Part shown: one piece after another, positions 31,125 through 43,916 of the stretch | How positions within the stretch are numbered: position 1 is the first letter of the stretch | How the letters are laid out: each line of letters opens with the position of its first letter | NCBI GenBank assembly: GCA_946965045.2 | Contig: OX337237.1 | Span: forward strand, 2,480,001 to 2,544,000 | DNA: 64,000 nucleotides | From: Epithemia pelagica | Taxonomy: Eukaryota > Protista > Bacillariophyta | Direction of reading: 5' to 3' | The notes under the pieces: generated by a model | Told to the model about the DNA's origin: nothing | Databases searched by the model: none | What the model saw: only the letters and a program-made list of their open reading frames with translations | Made by a program: the position numbers and the translations under genes

Positions 31125-32398
31125 ATGAAACGACAACGTCCTCAGCACTCTACAAGTCTTCCATGGTGTTCGATCAGTTCGTTATTGGTCGCCCTACTCC
31201 CAAAAATATGGTCCTTTGGATCTTTTTGGTGGTAGTGGCCATATGGCCCATGCTTCGATTATCCAACATTGTGGTGAAACGCACGTCGAAGACCACTCCA
31301 GAAACACAATCAATGGGCTCTCCTTTTTGGTCACGATCTCACGAGTCTTTCAGTTTTCGACCATGTATTCCATCAGGGCCATCATGTATCACATGATGCG
31401 GACCGATCGCTTGGGATCGGTGATTCATGACATGCAGGTGGCACAGGCCTTTGCCTTTTCCCAAAATTGGACGTATGGAGGAGCCTGTAGTCACAAAAAG
31501 AGAAAATACAAAAAACAACAACAACAACTCGTCAATCGCACTCGCGATTTGCTGGAACAATTGTTGGGACCCCAGTACGACTTGTTTTTGCCACTGGCTT
31601 GCCCTCCCTCCAAAGAAGAACAGCAAGCTGCTGCTGCTGCGTCCAGTACCAGCTTTGTCATGGCATCTCGTGATCGCAAACTCTATCGCGATCCAGTCGA
31701 ACCGAGCCGTCTTTACAGCCACATGGAAACGTCATGTTCATGAAACCTTTCTGAGACCTGTCTTGGAGGAACAACGACGCAATCAACATCATGAGCAAAA
31801 ACTGGAATCCAATACGACAATCATTGACTCGGCCGACAACAATACTTTGATTGTGGTGGTACACATTCGACGAGGCGATGTCAGTCCTTGCACGCAATAT
31901 GCCCATCGTTATTTGCCCAATTCCCATTATCGGTGCCTCCTAGAACGATACGTCTTGCAAAACTATACGACGACAAGGGATGATGATGATGATGATGCTC
32001 CATCTATTGTCATCAAAATTCATTCCGAACCCGATTCCTTTGAACCTTGGACCGACAATGTCGAATATTGGACTGGAATCACCAACAACCACACGTTTCA
32101 ATCACGAATAAAAGTCCAAGTGCTCTTGGATGAACCCTTGCACCAAGCGTGGTTTGATATGATGACCGCGAACGTGTTGGTCTTGAGCAAATCGTCCTTT
32201 TCCTATGTGCCAGCCATTTTGCGGCCCCCATCCTTGAACCACACAAATCAAGTTATTTACACACCCTTTTGGCAAGAACCCTTGGTCGACTGGACCGAGG
32301 TGGACGAGGAAATCATGAACGCGACCGAAAGAGACATGGCTGCCTTTCCAACAACATCGAATCACTGCCCGTCGTCGACGGAATCGACACCTACCTAG
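31125..32398 (+). pseudogene. Frameshifted glycosyltransferase-like gene (GT-B, fucosyltransferase-like HxRRGD family)
   Basis: The TM anchor (MVLWIFLVVVAIWP), RTDRLGSVIHDM and VVVHIRRGDV...DMMTANVLVLSKSSFSY lie in three different frames, with shifts near 31350-31380 and about 31700. Confidence 0.65.
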
Positions 32399-32910
32399 CA
32401 AAGATACTAGTTCGAGAGGCCACGGCACTTTGATAGAATTCCCATTGTGAATCCTTTTAGTATGGACCATATCTCGAAGAGCCGAGAGGGTAGTTTCTAC
32501 GTAATTCGACACCCAGAGGGGGTGCAAATATCTAATGGATTCTTCTCCTTGACAAGCTGCAACCGAGGAATCTTGACTATGGAGACAGGTTCGTCGTTTC
32601 GTTGAACGTACAGCAACGGCGAGAGAGAGAGACATTATCTTTCTGTAGGAGTGGATCCCGTCCGTGTTGGATGATGCCACCAAAACGACTCCTAGCTAGA
32701 GAATATTCTTCGAGCCTTTCTCTATACATATAAAGTACAGCATCACTGGTCGTTGCACGTGTACGTGTAAGGTCACAAAGAGGGTCGGTCGAGTTCTACA
32801 AAAAACTCGTAGTCAAATCCAAAAGGATCTACGTTCCTACGACGCTGTGAACAGTGCAATGGAACACGACTACCTACTACTACGACAATTCGCTATAGAA
32901 GAGTATTTGT

Positions 32911-34476
32911 CTACGACAGCAACAAGTTCGCTTGTCGCAAGGCTTGTTCCACCACGGAATAACAGGATGAATCCAGGCGATCCAAGGGAGGCCGACAATA
33001 GTCTGACAACAAGATTGGAGTCGTTGTTGTATCATCGTCATTTGCAGTCCGCACAATGGGTTGCGTCAAGGCCCATTTGGTAGGAATAGGATTGGATTCG
33101 CAAAACAAGTCACGATGCAAGCCTGCCAATCGATCATTGAGGTTTGTGGCGGCCGCTTTGGCAGCCTCCGAGTCACTTGTGGTGGTGTGTGTCAAGGCGG
33201 CCTGATCCAACATTTGCCGCACCAAGTGAGGTGCCACATTGGCCGTGACGGAAATGCCTCCTTGTCCACCCAGCAAACAAAAGTCCAAAAGCGTGGCATC
33301 GTCGCCACTTAGACACAAAAAATCAGAAGACGAAACTGTAGATTGATCTTGCAATAATTGTTGCAATTGGGTCAACCGATTGAGATTGCCCGTCGCATCC
33401 TTGAGCCCAATAATCTTTTCATGTTGCGCACAAATGGCAATGCTTTCATCCGACATGTCGACCGCAGTCCGTCCTGGTACATTGTACAAGATCACGGGCA
33501 ATCCATTTGGCATATCGGCCAAGGTGGTAAAGTATTTGATTAGTCCCCGTTGCGGTGGTTTGACATAGTAGGGTGTCACAACCAAGGCAGCATCGCATCC
33601 CACATCGGCTGCCATTTGTGTCGTGGCTTGTACATCACCGGGATGAATGCCACCCGTGCCTGCCAAAATGGGCAATCGACCCTTGCACTGTTCCACGGCC
33701 GTTTGCCACACGCGTTTGCGTTCCTCACGGTCCAAGACTGAGGCTTCGCCCGTCGTTCCCAAAATACACAAATTGTTGGTTCCTGCGGCCATGTGCCAGT
33801 CCAACAAGGCTCGTAATTCGTCGTAATTGACAGCACCCGTCGTGGCATCCATGGGAGTTATCAAGGCAACCGTCGAACCGGGTTGAAAGGGCATCTATTC
33901 CGCGTATATATATACGTGAATGGGCGAGTGTGTAGAAAATGTCCACGTTAAACAGAAACCAGCATTATCATTCATGCAACACACCAAAAGCAAGAGAACA
34001 AACAAACAAACGACCAATACACGAGAAAAACAGAGTAAAACGTTGAGAGGACCGTAAAACGTAAGCACCAAAACAAAGGATCACATTCCAATCCACCCAA
34101 ACCGCAATCGTGCCTGAACCAAAAGCATAGTCAGACACCCACACAAACACATACGTACCAGTTCATTGGAATTGCTGGCCGCCAGAGCAGTTTGGCTGGT
34201 CGGAATCATTCTCCTGGGTGTTCTCGTCGTTTTGGTGATGGATGTGGGTGAGACAAGGGGCGTCGTGGTGGTGGTTCTCCATTGTCGTCGTGTGGTTGTT
34301 CTTGGGGGTCCAATGTTGGTACTACTAAAGAGATTGGAGGATGGCGTTACAGAAAAGGCATGAACCAACGATGGATCTTGTCCATTGGTACACATCACAA
34401 AGAAGAAGAGCAACCACGCTCGACCAAAGTGCGTGGCCCAACCAACACCCTGTTCGTGTGGTTGTGGCGGTATCAT
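32911..34476 (-). CDS. dapA: Dihydrodipicolinate synthase (HTPA synthase), plastid-targeted; 2 exons
   Basis: STVALITP, GTTGE, VTPYYVKPPQ, ILYNVPGRT, GLKDATG, LSGDD and ESNPIP. Exon 1 encodes a signal peptide plus an AFS transit peptide. Phase-0 intron at about 34157-33895. Confidence 0.95.
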
Positions 34477-34931
34477 GCTTTCAACTCGTAGAAATTGTCT
34501 CCGATCTTTCTTGCGAGTAATTGTGTGTAGATGGCGGATTCGAGCTGTGGTTGTTTGTTTGTCTGTTTGTTGGAGATGGAGAATATAGGAGTTGCCTTGT
34601 TGTTATCTAGTATCCATCATCGGAATTTTGGCTGGAGCCATCAATTTTAGCAGCTTAGGGTTAAGGCTTTTCCGTTGGAAGATGCACCGCAAGTAATCCT
34701 GAGCGGCCGATGCCGACAAAGTGCTGGGACCATAGCCATAGATCTCTTTCCTCTAGTAGTCTCTAGTGTTAACGCAACTCCAACTCCATGCTACGATAGG
34801 ACCTCTACGCCTTTGAACAACCAAATCGCCTAACTATCACCAAATCCAAACAACTACTCAAATGCCTATTCTAACGACATCGACGAAGAGGCGTGCTGGC
34901 AAAACTACCTACCTAGTATGGAGCGATGGAA

Positions 34932-35894
34932 TCAAAAGCCCTCGTCCCAAGCCTGCATGAATTCTTCAACCGACATACCAAGACCTTGCACCAACTGGCG
35001 CACAGTCTGCGGAACTGTCTTTACCAGGCCAAAAGCATCCTTCAAAGTACCGCCGAATGGAGAGGGAATATAGGCACAGAGATCGACAAACATGTTCCAC
35101 ATCGTCATACCGAGCCTGACCATACCCGACGATGTGGAATAGAAAGGACGAAGTTCGGGACAGGCCCGTGCCTCGACCAACTTCCAGGCCCGCCTTGTAG
35201 ACTCCATACGAATATCCTTGTAAATGGTGTCAAGCTGTGGATTCGGGCTTTTGCTGGGAAGAGAAAAGCAGTGCAGACCATCCAAAGTGTCCTGTGCCTC
35301 TTCAAATCCGGCATCGACAAAGGCCTCCCGGTTATCACGGCACCAGTCTTGAGGTTCTTCTTGTTCCACAAACATGCCACCAACAAAAAGAAGGACTGGA
35401 GGAGGCGTGGTAGGAGCTTGGCTGTAGAGTTTCTTGATCATGACATTGTACGTCGCTTGGGCCTGTTTCGTCAGTCGATCACGTTTCAAACAGAAAATGA
35501 TGAGATTGAAACCATCCTTGTTGTCACGCAGAAAGGTAAAAAAGTTTTTGAGTGCCATGGCCTGGTCTACAGTACCCGTGGTAACCTCATTGAGCCCAAT
35601 CGTATCAATAAACTCATAGGCAACGCCCAAACGAGTAAATGACACGGTCTTGTAATTGTCGGTGCACCCATTCGCACCATCGCTCGTCGCGACAACCTCC
35701 TTACCGGCCAAGGCGTTGATGGTGGTGCTTTTCCCCGAGCCTGTCTCACCAATCACCAGCACGCGGCATCTTCGAGTGGGAGAAGGATCGGTGTCACGCA
35801 TGCGGTGCGAACGTTCCGTCGCAGCAGTAGTGCCCGCTAGCATCCAGGAAAAGAGGATCCATACCAACACTTTGCCATCAATCAAGACTGTCAT
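34932..35894 (-). CDS. P-loop GTPase (AIG1/MMR_HSR1-like)
   Basis: G1 motif VIGETGSGKSTTINAL, G2 Thr (GCT) and G3 motif FIDTIG. Hydrophobic N-terminus. Confidence 0.75.
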   Translation of the reverse strand: MTVLIDGKVLVWILFSWMLAGTTAATERSHRMRDTDPSPTRRCRVLVIGETGSGKSTTINALAGKEVVATSDGANGCTDNYKTVSFTRLGVAYEFIDTIGLNEVTTGTVDQAMALKNFFTFLRDNKDGFNLIIFCLKRDRLTKQAQATYNVMIKKLYSQAPTTPPPVLLFVGGMFVEQEEPQDWCRDNREAFVDAGFEEAQDTLDGLHCFSLPSKSPNPQLDTIYKDIRMESTRRAWKLVEARACPELRPFYSTSSGMVRLGMTMWNMFVDLCAYIPSPFGGTLKDAFGLVKTVPQTVRQLVQGLGMSVEEFMQAWDEGF

Positions 35895-36250
35895 TGTTCC
35901 AATTTGTCACACTGCGTCCTGGGCTCGAGGTTTTACCCAAGGCCACAAAGATAAAGATATGGCTGTGTGCGATGACGCTCCATTCGCATTTCATGTGAAA
36001 CTGGTCTGGATCCCTTGGTTGTGGATCAGGGACTGGGGATTTCCGGTGAAATTCCATATCCCGGTTCATTCTCTAGCCAAAATGAGCACTTCCACGTATC
36101 TTCCCATGGTGTTTGAGGAACATCGAACGTGGCTTTTCCAGTTCCTGTTGACGTAGTTGATAGGACAGGTTTTACTCGCCAAACAGAAAGAGAGTTCTTT
36201 AGTAACTTCTTTTTGGACGACACAAACTCTTGGCTGAGATCCACGAGTTT

Positions 36251-37842
36251 TCAAACATTGCCGTCACTGTCAATCTTGTTGTTGTTATCGCGAGCGTTCC
36301 AACAAAACCCCATGTTCTCCAAAGTCCGGATGCGTGCTTCGGTAATGTGACATGGTTGGCCCTTGATCCACTTTTTGTACTGTCGGCGTTGATGATGAAC
36401 CCAGGAACTCAACTTGGGGTTTTCGGACCAACCGGCCGGAACCAGGCAATCTCCCTTTGCTTGTTTGTAAGCCAGCAATTGACCGAGTCGTTCCAACCAT
36501 GAGGCTTCTTGCGTGTCCCAACAAAATCCCAGGGCACCCAATTCGCGGCTTCGTTCCAGTGTCATGTGAGAAGATTTGCCCTGTTGAAAGAGTGTGTAAT
36601 GACGTCTTTGTTCCTTGACCCACAATCCCAGTTTGGGATATTCGTCTTGATTCAAAGGCACATGACAGTGGCCGTACTTGTCCCTAAAGTCTTTCAAGTC
36701 TTGTACATGTCTGTCCCAGGCCGCTTCTTGAGCGTTCCAGGCAAAGTCGACCGTATTGAGCAAGTCGATTCGTTCTTGTGTCATACTGGTTGGCTTGTCA
36801 TCTTGGAACAATTTGTATTGCTTCCTATTATATATAGAGACGCATATGTGGGAATGGGAATGACGTTTTGCCATTGTGTCAGTGAACCTCGCAGGTCCAG
36901 ACAGTCTTCTCTCGATACATAGAGGCGTATCGAAGGTTGTACGTACCGTTGTTCCGCAACCCAACTGGCCAATCGAGGATTCAAGGGATAGCCTCGTGGA
37001 ACAATACAATCGCCATGTTCGTTCTTGTATACCTGAAGTGTTTCAAAATGTGCCATCCAAGCATCTTTTCGAGGGCTTTTGGCAACCACAACAACGGGCT
37101 CGTCGGAGGACGGCGTCCAATTTCGTTTGTTTGACAAATTAGATGGCTCGTGCCCATTATTCGACAGTGGAGAAACGGTTACGTCTTGCTCCACTATATC
37201 GTGTGATTCCGCCACAGCAACAAGGGTTTTGACGAAGGAGTGTTGTTCTTCTTGGAATCTGGAGGGCGGATCGATGCATTCCATATCCTTTGCAAACGGT
37301 ACAGCAAAAGTAGACTCTTCTTCCGGTTGGATTTCGGGAGAAAATGCTGTCAGTGTCGCGTCCACAGTGGTTGTGGATACTTGTGATGCTGGATCCAAAG
37401 TGGTCGTGGACACTAGTGGTGCTGGATTCCTGAAACAGAGCAGGGATGGATGCTCATTGGTTGTGGATGGCAAAGGTTCGATGTTCTCTTTTTTCAAAGT
37501 CCTCTCGAGAGGTGTTGCCGTTGTCTTTGTCATTGCTGGGGTGGACGAAAGGATACATTGTTGTTGCTGCAAGGGTGGTGCAAAAGCCACACCGCCACCC
37601 TGTATTTCTTCCGTTGTTTGGCCCTCATCCTTCTCGAAAGGAGAATCGAATGACCTGGGCTTTTCTTTTCTCAAAAATGGTAATTTTGTGGATCCATCTT
37701 CTGGATTCTGTTGTGGAAATGACTTTTCATCCAACATGCTACTCTTCTTTGGTTCGATTCTTGGAGGTATAGTCGTAGATGGTGGCATCCTCCACAATGA
37801 TGGCTCCTCCTCCTCTCTTTCCAGAGGGCTTTCGCTTTCCAT
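36251..37842 (-). CDS. Helicase-associated (HA) repeat protein; 2 exons
   Basis: Three HA repeats (W..HF..L..YK.EHGDC.VP..Y..NP.L..WV..QR..Y......RI..L....F.W). Intron 36946-36825 restores EQR/KQY. Low-complexity N-terminus. Confidence 0.9.
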
Positions 37843-38405
37843 GTTATTGCTGCTTTGATATCTTATGCTGAATCCCACGAAGAATGCTTAGATTCTTCAT
37901 CGCTCTAGTTTCCCTTCGTCTTCTTCTTCTTCTCGTCTCTTATCATCAACGACCCCATGGTGCTTGCTTCGGTTTCTTGTCGTGATGGGGATGGAGCTTC
38001 GCGTTCCATCGTAAGGGGTCGGTCGCGGGTACCAGAAGTTGGCTAGCCCCCATATCTAGCCCTCCCTCGACCCTCCATCTCGCCCTCTATAAGAGCTAGA
38101 GAGAGAGAAGCAGTCTGTTGCTTCCTTTGTGTATGTTCCATCCATGTGATCCTCTCTGAAGCGCAAGCGAACTGTTGTCCGAAACAATCTACCTAGAGAT
38201 CTCAATCCTGTAAAAGAAGGCTGTTTGGTTGCCATGAGGTCAGTTGGGTTGAACCACGTCGTCTTGACGCACCAAACCATGGATTTGTAGTGGAAGGAAA
38301 ATGAGGAAATAGTATGGATCTTTCTTCTATTGTTTGGCGTGGTGGTAGGATTCACTGCATTTCCTTTTGTTCATGGAGTAGTAGGAGCAGCTGGAGCATA
38401 CTCCG

Positions 38406-39950
38406 ATGATGATGTTTGTCGTCGTGAGGGTCATACGCCTAGCTAAAACGCGACCGACGAAAATACCATGGCCTTCGAAAAAGTCCAAGAAAGAGAGCGT
38501 GGATACAACGACCATGAGAGCGATATCCAATTCAACTCGCAACCAACAAAACGCACTCCAGGATCCTGAAAACGAAGAAGTGATAGTGAACGAAGAAAAT
38601 GATGGTGCCATTTTAGAAACAGCACGCGATGCCTTGGAAACCAAATGGGCGGCCATTCAAGCCGGTTATTGGCAGGATCCGTACACGTCCCTCGTAGCTC
38701 GCAGCATTCTTTCGCAGGAGTCTTCTTCTCCATTACCAGGACTACGACCGCGACCACGACGACAGGTCCAACCCTTGATTAAACGAGGAACCTATGCCCG
38801 TGTCTGTTGTATGGATCGTGTCCTTTCCACATTTTGGCAACATGTGGCAGCATCAATGAGCCGCCGCAGCAGCAGCAGCGATCATGATGACACAAACAAC
38901 CCACGCATTCCTTGTCAAGTGGTGGTCTTGGGTGCTGGATACGATACCAGTTATTTTCGACACTTGTTTCCTTCCTCTGAACCTGGTACTTCCGATCCTC
39001 CCTCATTTCCGGAATCTTCCTTGTTTGTCAAGTGGTACGAAGTCGATCATGCCATCCTCTTGTGTCACGAAAAGGCAAGTCTGTTGGAACAGCTTTGCAA
39101 TTCTTCCTCGGGAGATGCAGACAATTATGACACTGCCAATCCAAACAGTGTATTGTTTGCGGGTCATGATGTGGTGCGAGTGAGTGACACTGTGGTCCGC
39201 ATAGTTCCTCGTGGCCCATCATTCACAAACTCTGGTTCCAGTTGTACCTTGCTGGGACATGATTTGCGACAACCTGGTTTGCTGTCAAAGTTGCAAGACC
39301 AAGATTTTGACGTTACAGTTCCCACCTTATTTTTGAGTGAATGTGTTCAAATGTATTTGCCCATCGCGCAATCGCATGCTCTTTTGACTAGTTTGGCCGC
39401 GGCCTGTCCTCAGGCCTGGTTGGCCAGTTACGAACCTATTTTGAATGGACCAAGTCTTGGTCACCAAACGCAACGACAGCAGCAACCCTCGGCATTTGGC
39501 GCTGTCATGGCCCAAAATCTGCGTCGTGTCGGCTTGGCCGCTCCCGATTCGGGTTTGATGCAACGAACCACGTTGGAGGCTCACTTGGCAGCCTTGACGG
39601 CAGCGGGTTGGACAGATGGAGCAGCGGCTTGTGATTTGTGGACGGCTTATTCCCACCCTCATTCGCATTGGGTCTCGTCAGTTCAACGTACTTGGGCCAA
39701 TCGCTGCGAATGTTTGGATGAATGGGAAGAATTTACTTTGATTATGCAACATTATGCCATGATCGTGGCCTCTACCAATCGTTCCTCCGACACAATGGTC
39801 AACATGGCAGAACCAATACTTGCCCCGAACAATTCGTCAAACAAAAACTTGACTTCGTCGTCATCTTCCTCCTCCCAAACAACCATACTAGGCTTTCCCA
39901 TTGCCGCCTCACAGTTTCATCAGAAGGAAGACTCGTCCTTGTCGGTATGA
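38406..39950 (+). CDS. LCMT1: Leucine carboxyl methyltransferase
   Basis: AIQAGYWQDPY, LIKRGTYARV, QVVVLGAGYDT, WYEVD, PTLFLSECVQMYL and DEWEEF..IMQHY. The start may instead be the Met near 38513. Confidence 0.88.
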   Translation: MMMFVVVRVIRLAKTRPTKIPWPSKKSKKESVDTTTMRAISNSTRNQQNALQDPENEEVIVNEENDGAILETARDALETKWAAIQAGYWQDPYTSLVARSILSQESSSPLPGLRPRPRRQVQPLIKRGTYARVCCMDRVLSTFWQHVAASMSRRSSSSDHDDTNNPRIPCQVVVLGAGYDTSYFRHLFPSSEPGTSDPPSFPESSLFVKWYEVDHAILLCHEKASLLEQLCNSSSGDADNYDTANPNSVLFAGHDVVRVSDTVVRIVPRGPSFTNSGSSCTLLGHDLRQPGLLSKLQDQDFDVTVPTLFLSECVQMYLPIAQSHALLTSLAAACPQAWLASYEPILNGPSLGHQTQRQQQPSAFGAVMAQNLRRVGLAAPDSGLMQRTTLEAHLAALTAAGWTDGAAACDLWTAYSHPHSHWVSSVQRTWANRCECLDEWEEFTLIMQHYAMIVASTNRSSDTMVNMAEPILAPNNSSNKNLTSSSSSSSQTTILGFPIAASQFHQKEDSSLSV

Positions 39951-40362
39951 AAAACTAAACATCATTCCTAGATTGAAAGTAAAAAAGCACATGCATTGCT
40001 GGGTTCAAGCATATATACAGCCGCCGCTTGAACCTTGCTACCAGTCGTGGTGGTAAATACCGGAACAACAATTCTTGAACAAGGGATTCCAGCTCGGGCC
40101 ACGGCAGCGGCTGGATTAGGTGCGTTCGCAATTCCCAAATCGGGAGATGCTGAGTCGCAAGCATGGAGGTTGTGATAAAATTGGCGAGCCCGTCAATCTT
40201 TTCGAAATGATGCTCGCAATGCTTTACATTAGGATTGGGGATTTGATGGTTTGTCATTGTCACCCATACTCTCGAAAAGCAATCTCGAATTTTCCGGTAA
40301 CCTGCCGCCTGCCGAGCCAGACCCCGAAGAATCACACACGTGTTAGCTCTTAGCCAAAAACA

Positions 40363-41658
40363 TTGGAGAAGATGGATATGGAAAACCTTACTAGAGACCA
40401 GTTGATTGAGCGTCTGGAAAGGGCGATTGAGCGTCTGGAAAGGGCGGAGGCAAGGACGAAGGCGGCAAAGGAACGGGCGAACGAGGCAAAGGCTAGAGCT
40501 GATAAGGCCGAAGCGTTGAAAAATGGAACTTACTACGCAACAATAGTTGACGTTGTAGGACGTTTGGAAGAGGACATTCCAGAAGGTTCCTTGAGGTACG
40601 TTCGAAGACAAGCAAGATGTGATCGATTCTATAAGACGGCTATCGACGCAGTAGGGGCTGCGTATGATCGTCTCCATCCTTCAAGAGATGCATCACGTAC
40701 GTCAGGATACGACGAGGCTGAAGGAGATGAAAAAAAGAAGCGCAAACGGAGTCTTCAAGCCAATGGACTTGATGGGAAGAAGCAGGAGGCAGCAGAAATT
40801 GCTCAATTAGTCCCACACAGCCCCAAATGCTCGTCCCTCTATGGAGAATTATTGGAGGCCATGGTCGGTGTAGACTTTGAACAGCCGAAGAAACCAAGAC
40901 TGCAAGTCCTGGTCCATGGACTGCTGGGTCCAGATGGTAAGGAGAAAAAAACTGGAATCAAGCACTGCAGCACGAACCTGATTCGTGTCATGCACCAAAA
41001 GACTTTTATGGACCAGCACACCAGTCAAATTCTCATCCTGCCGATATTGACCGTTGACCAAGTATTGCGCTTTGGTGAACCCGGACATCATGACTGTTAT
41101 TCAATCGCAGTTCTTTGTGAGTCGCCTTACGTTTACAAACAGATGGTACTCACAGACGAGTACGAAATCTGTTCTCCCACCGATCTAGAGCGTGCCGTGG
41201 AAACATTGCGAAAGTTTACGTTTGCCGTTGCCGAACATGCCAGAGACAATGTCAAAGATGCAGACCTGGATTCGATAGTCTCGGAAAAGACTACGCTGCT
41301 TCCGGCACGTGGTTTTCTTAAGGTGTCAAAAGTTTTGACTGCCACCCTCCTTCCGACGGGGGACAAGCCGCCGCGCGTGTTGAAGTTGCCACTCGCGAAT
41401 GACGGAAAGGGAGCCACCACCTGTGACCCATGGTTGCTTTGCCTAAAGAGTGCAATTATGTACTCCAGCTTTTGTGGAAATAAGCTCCTCCCTGGGTGCT
41501 TTGCGCCACCCGCCACAGTATTCTCTTCGACTCACGATTCCTGGATAAGTTTCTCTCACGAAACCTGTGATTTAGTTTTGAACCGTGTACCCAATGAAGT
41601 AAATGCTCCCAGTATGGCTGTAGACGCAGCTTCGGAAATTAGCAGCTGTGCATCCTAA
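40363..41658 (+). CDS. Hypothetical protein with N-terminal coiled coil and a weakly HNH-like core
   Basis: 431-aa intronless ORF. Heptad-rich N-terminus; EIAQLVP...NLIRVMHQKTFMD loosely resembles the HNH_2 pattern. Confidence 0.6.
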   Translation: MEKMDMENLTRDQLIERLERAIERLERAEARTKAAKERANEAKARADKAEALKNGTYYATIVDVVGRLEEDIPEGSLRYVRRQARCDRFYKTAIDAVGAAYDRLHPSRDASRTSGYDEAEGDEKKKRKRSLQANGLDGKKQEAAEIAQLVPHSPKCSSLYGELLEAMVGVDFEQPKKPRLQVLVHGLLGPDGKEKKTGIKHCSTNLIRVMHQKTFMDQHTSQILILPILTVDQVLRFGEPGHHDCYSIAVLCESPYVYKQMVLTDEYEICSPTDLERAVETLRKFTFAVAEHARDNVKDADLDSIVSEKTTLLPARGFLKVSKVLTATLLPTGDKPPRVLKLPLANDGKGATTCDPWLLCLKSAIMYSSFCGNKLLPGCFAPPATVFSSTHDSWISFSHETCDLVLNRVPNEVNAPSMAVDAASEISSCAS

Positions 41659-43916
41659 TGGATTATCGAAGAGAATTGAAAACGAGTGGGATCATTGTAC
41701 AAGGGTCTTGCACAGGAGAAAGCAGACGGAAAATGAAGCCAGGATTGAAAAAGTCGCTCCAAGCCGATGAAAACGCGTACAAAGCCGTTTGGAGCGAAAG
41801 TAAGGACCGCGGCATTGCTTAGACAACACAGTAGAAAAGGGGTCTGGGCTGCTATATATTGCTGCAGCAACCGGAATGAAATTACTCTACGAAAAGCCAA
41901 TGATGGTTCTATTCCTAAAACTTAGATCAAAGTGGTGGATTTTTAGTTTTTCAGAAGTCTAACAACTGGCAGTTTCTCCCTCGGTTACAAGTGATGTCGA
42001 TCTTTCCAGCTACTGCGGTAGGTAGGGGAATGTTTCATGGCCATTACGCAATCTTGAAGATGTATTTGTTTCTCGGAGATGGACAAAGCCTAGCCAACTC
42101 TCTTCTTACAATACGAGTAGAGTATACTAGTAGACATAGATTTGGGATCTTGTTCATGCACAGGAGAGACGAATACGAGTAATAACAACCAAAACTGAAA
42201 CGCCAGGAGATCGTGGGACCGTCGGCCTTGTGAGTAGGGCAGAGCTGGATTAATGGTTTCAAAGTCCACAAAATGCCATGGATACTCCCATTGTTCGATG
42301 GTGTTCAGTATATCGTCCTTGTCTATAGCAACTTATCCTCCTCCTACAAGCGCATGTCGGCTGCGTAGTAAAGTTTTTGTTCTTGTTTGTCTCCTGGACT
42401 TGGTACCAAAGGCGTTGCGACCTAGTCATACCCTGCTTCTCTTTTTTCGCGACAAAGTCGTGGCCATTGGCGTCGTTGATACCCAAATCGATCGCATCGA
42501 GATTTTCTATAAAGTACCACTGCTTTTCAATGAAGACTTTGACCTGTTTGGAGATAACAGAATGAAGACTTTGACCTGTTTGGAGGTAACAGTCCATAAA
42601 TCCACAGCTGGTCATTGATTTGATGAGTTCCCGATTGGTACATCCATGTCCTTATCAAGATAACCGACGGTAGGTCCACTCTAGGGTTAGCTTCATCCCA
42701 GCACTCCTGAAACCCTGATATCAAAGTGTCTTTGTTTCCGTTGACGTTTATATCTGTGAAGTCGTTCGTTGCGCAAGGATCGAATCTGTAATCACATGAA
42801 CGACATTGTGTGCCGATGGGTGGAGCGATATGAGACACTTGGCGATTACCACCTTCAGCCTCGTGGGTGGATTCCCGATCGAACCGAGCCCATCAATAAA
42901 CTGCACTTTCGAAGGTAGTGGCTTCTTCTTTTGGATTCTCAATCGTTGGAGGGAAAGTGAATTCTTCCTCATTTCGCAAAGCCATCAACGTCCAAATGCT
43001 GCACCAACATCTCGCCCTTGTCGACGATCAGTTGACTTGGCGCTGGATCCATCTCTAACGACAGTGATCCTTCACCGTAGGAGGGAAAGCTCGCTTTAAA
43101 GAGGTGTGCATTCAAATTGGGAATTTGCGTATTGATTCTAGCCTTACCGGGTAGGACTAGCCTTGCCTTGATGCGATCGAAACAGTTTGGTTGCGAGGCT
43201 GAACCAAATGCTTGTTCAAGTACATACTTCGGAAAAGCGACATCTCGAATATAGGGAACATACGTTGAACGAATTGACTTCTTGTTTTCCCCAATATGCT
43301 TGCGTCAACGTCTTGATGTTGTTCTCCTGTTGGTATTGAGGCTGACGAGTCCCAAGACTTTGCCTTGACTTCCAACACATGCAACTCATACCCGATAGTG
43401 TTGTCATTGCGGCGAATCGGCACCTTTCTCAAAATATCAGCGCGAACAAGAAGCGGCCCTGAGCCTTCCAAAAGCACCCTCTGGTGACGATGACTCTTGC
43501 GTTAGCAGTGACGTTGTCTCTGTGGCCATATCTTCCAACGATGTTTGATCAGCTTCCCATGCCGACTGTAGAGACCAACCTCATGCCATTTTTGATTGAT
43601 CAATTAGGTTATGGGTTTCGTTTCAAGTGTCCTTCGGGCGGTAACTATTACCCCCAAGCCACAGTGAGTTTTCGGTCGCTCGTAATTTCATTTTGAAACA
43701 TAAAAATAACGGCCTTCACGATTACCCAAGACGCTAGGGAGTATGTTTACGTGTCGCCTCACCCCTTACCCCTTACCCTAACCGAACAATCACAATGTCT
43801 GCCATTTGTGGTCAGTGGTCTGGTCGCGTTTGGAGTCATGTCCCCCCACAAAACAAGAAAAATCGACGCTAACAAGAAAAAATGAATTTCTTTTTTCATG
43901 TCAAATACTCCTATGC

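Noticed and set aside
30413-31148. Cys-rich, zinc-finger-like ORF fragments on the minus strand
   Set aside because: The spacing does not fit a known finger and the frames are broken, so a gene call cannot be supported.
42259-43477. Minus-strand ORF fragments with a 32-bp tandem duplication (42529-42592)
   Set aside because: No recognisable domain. Probably decayed coding DNA, but it cannot be identified without a search.
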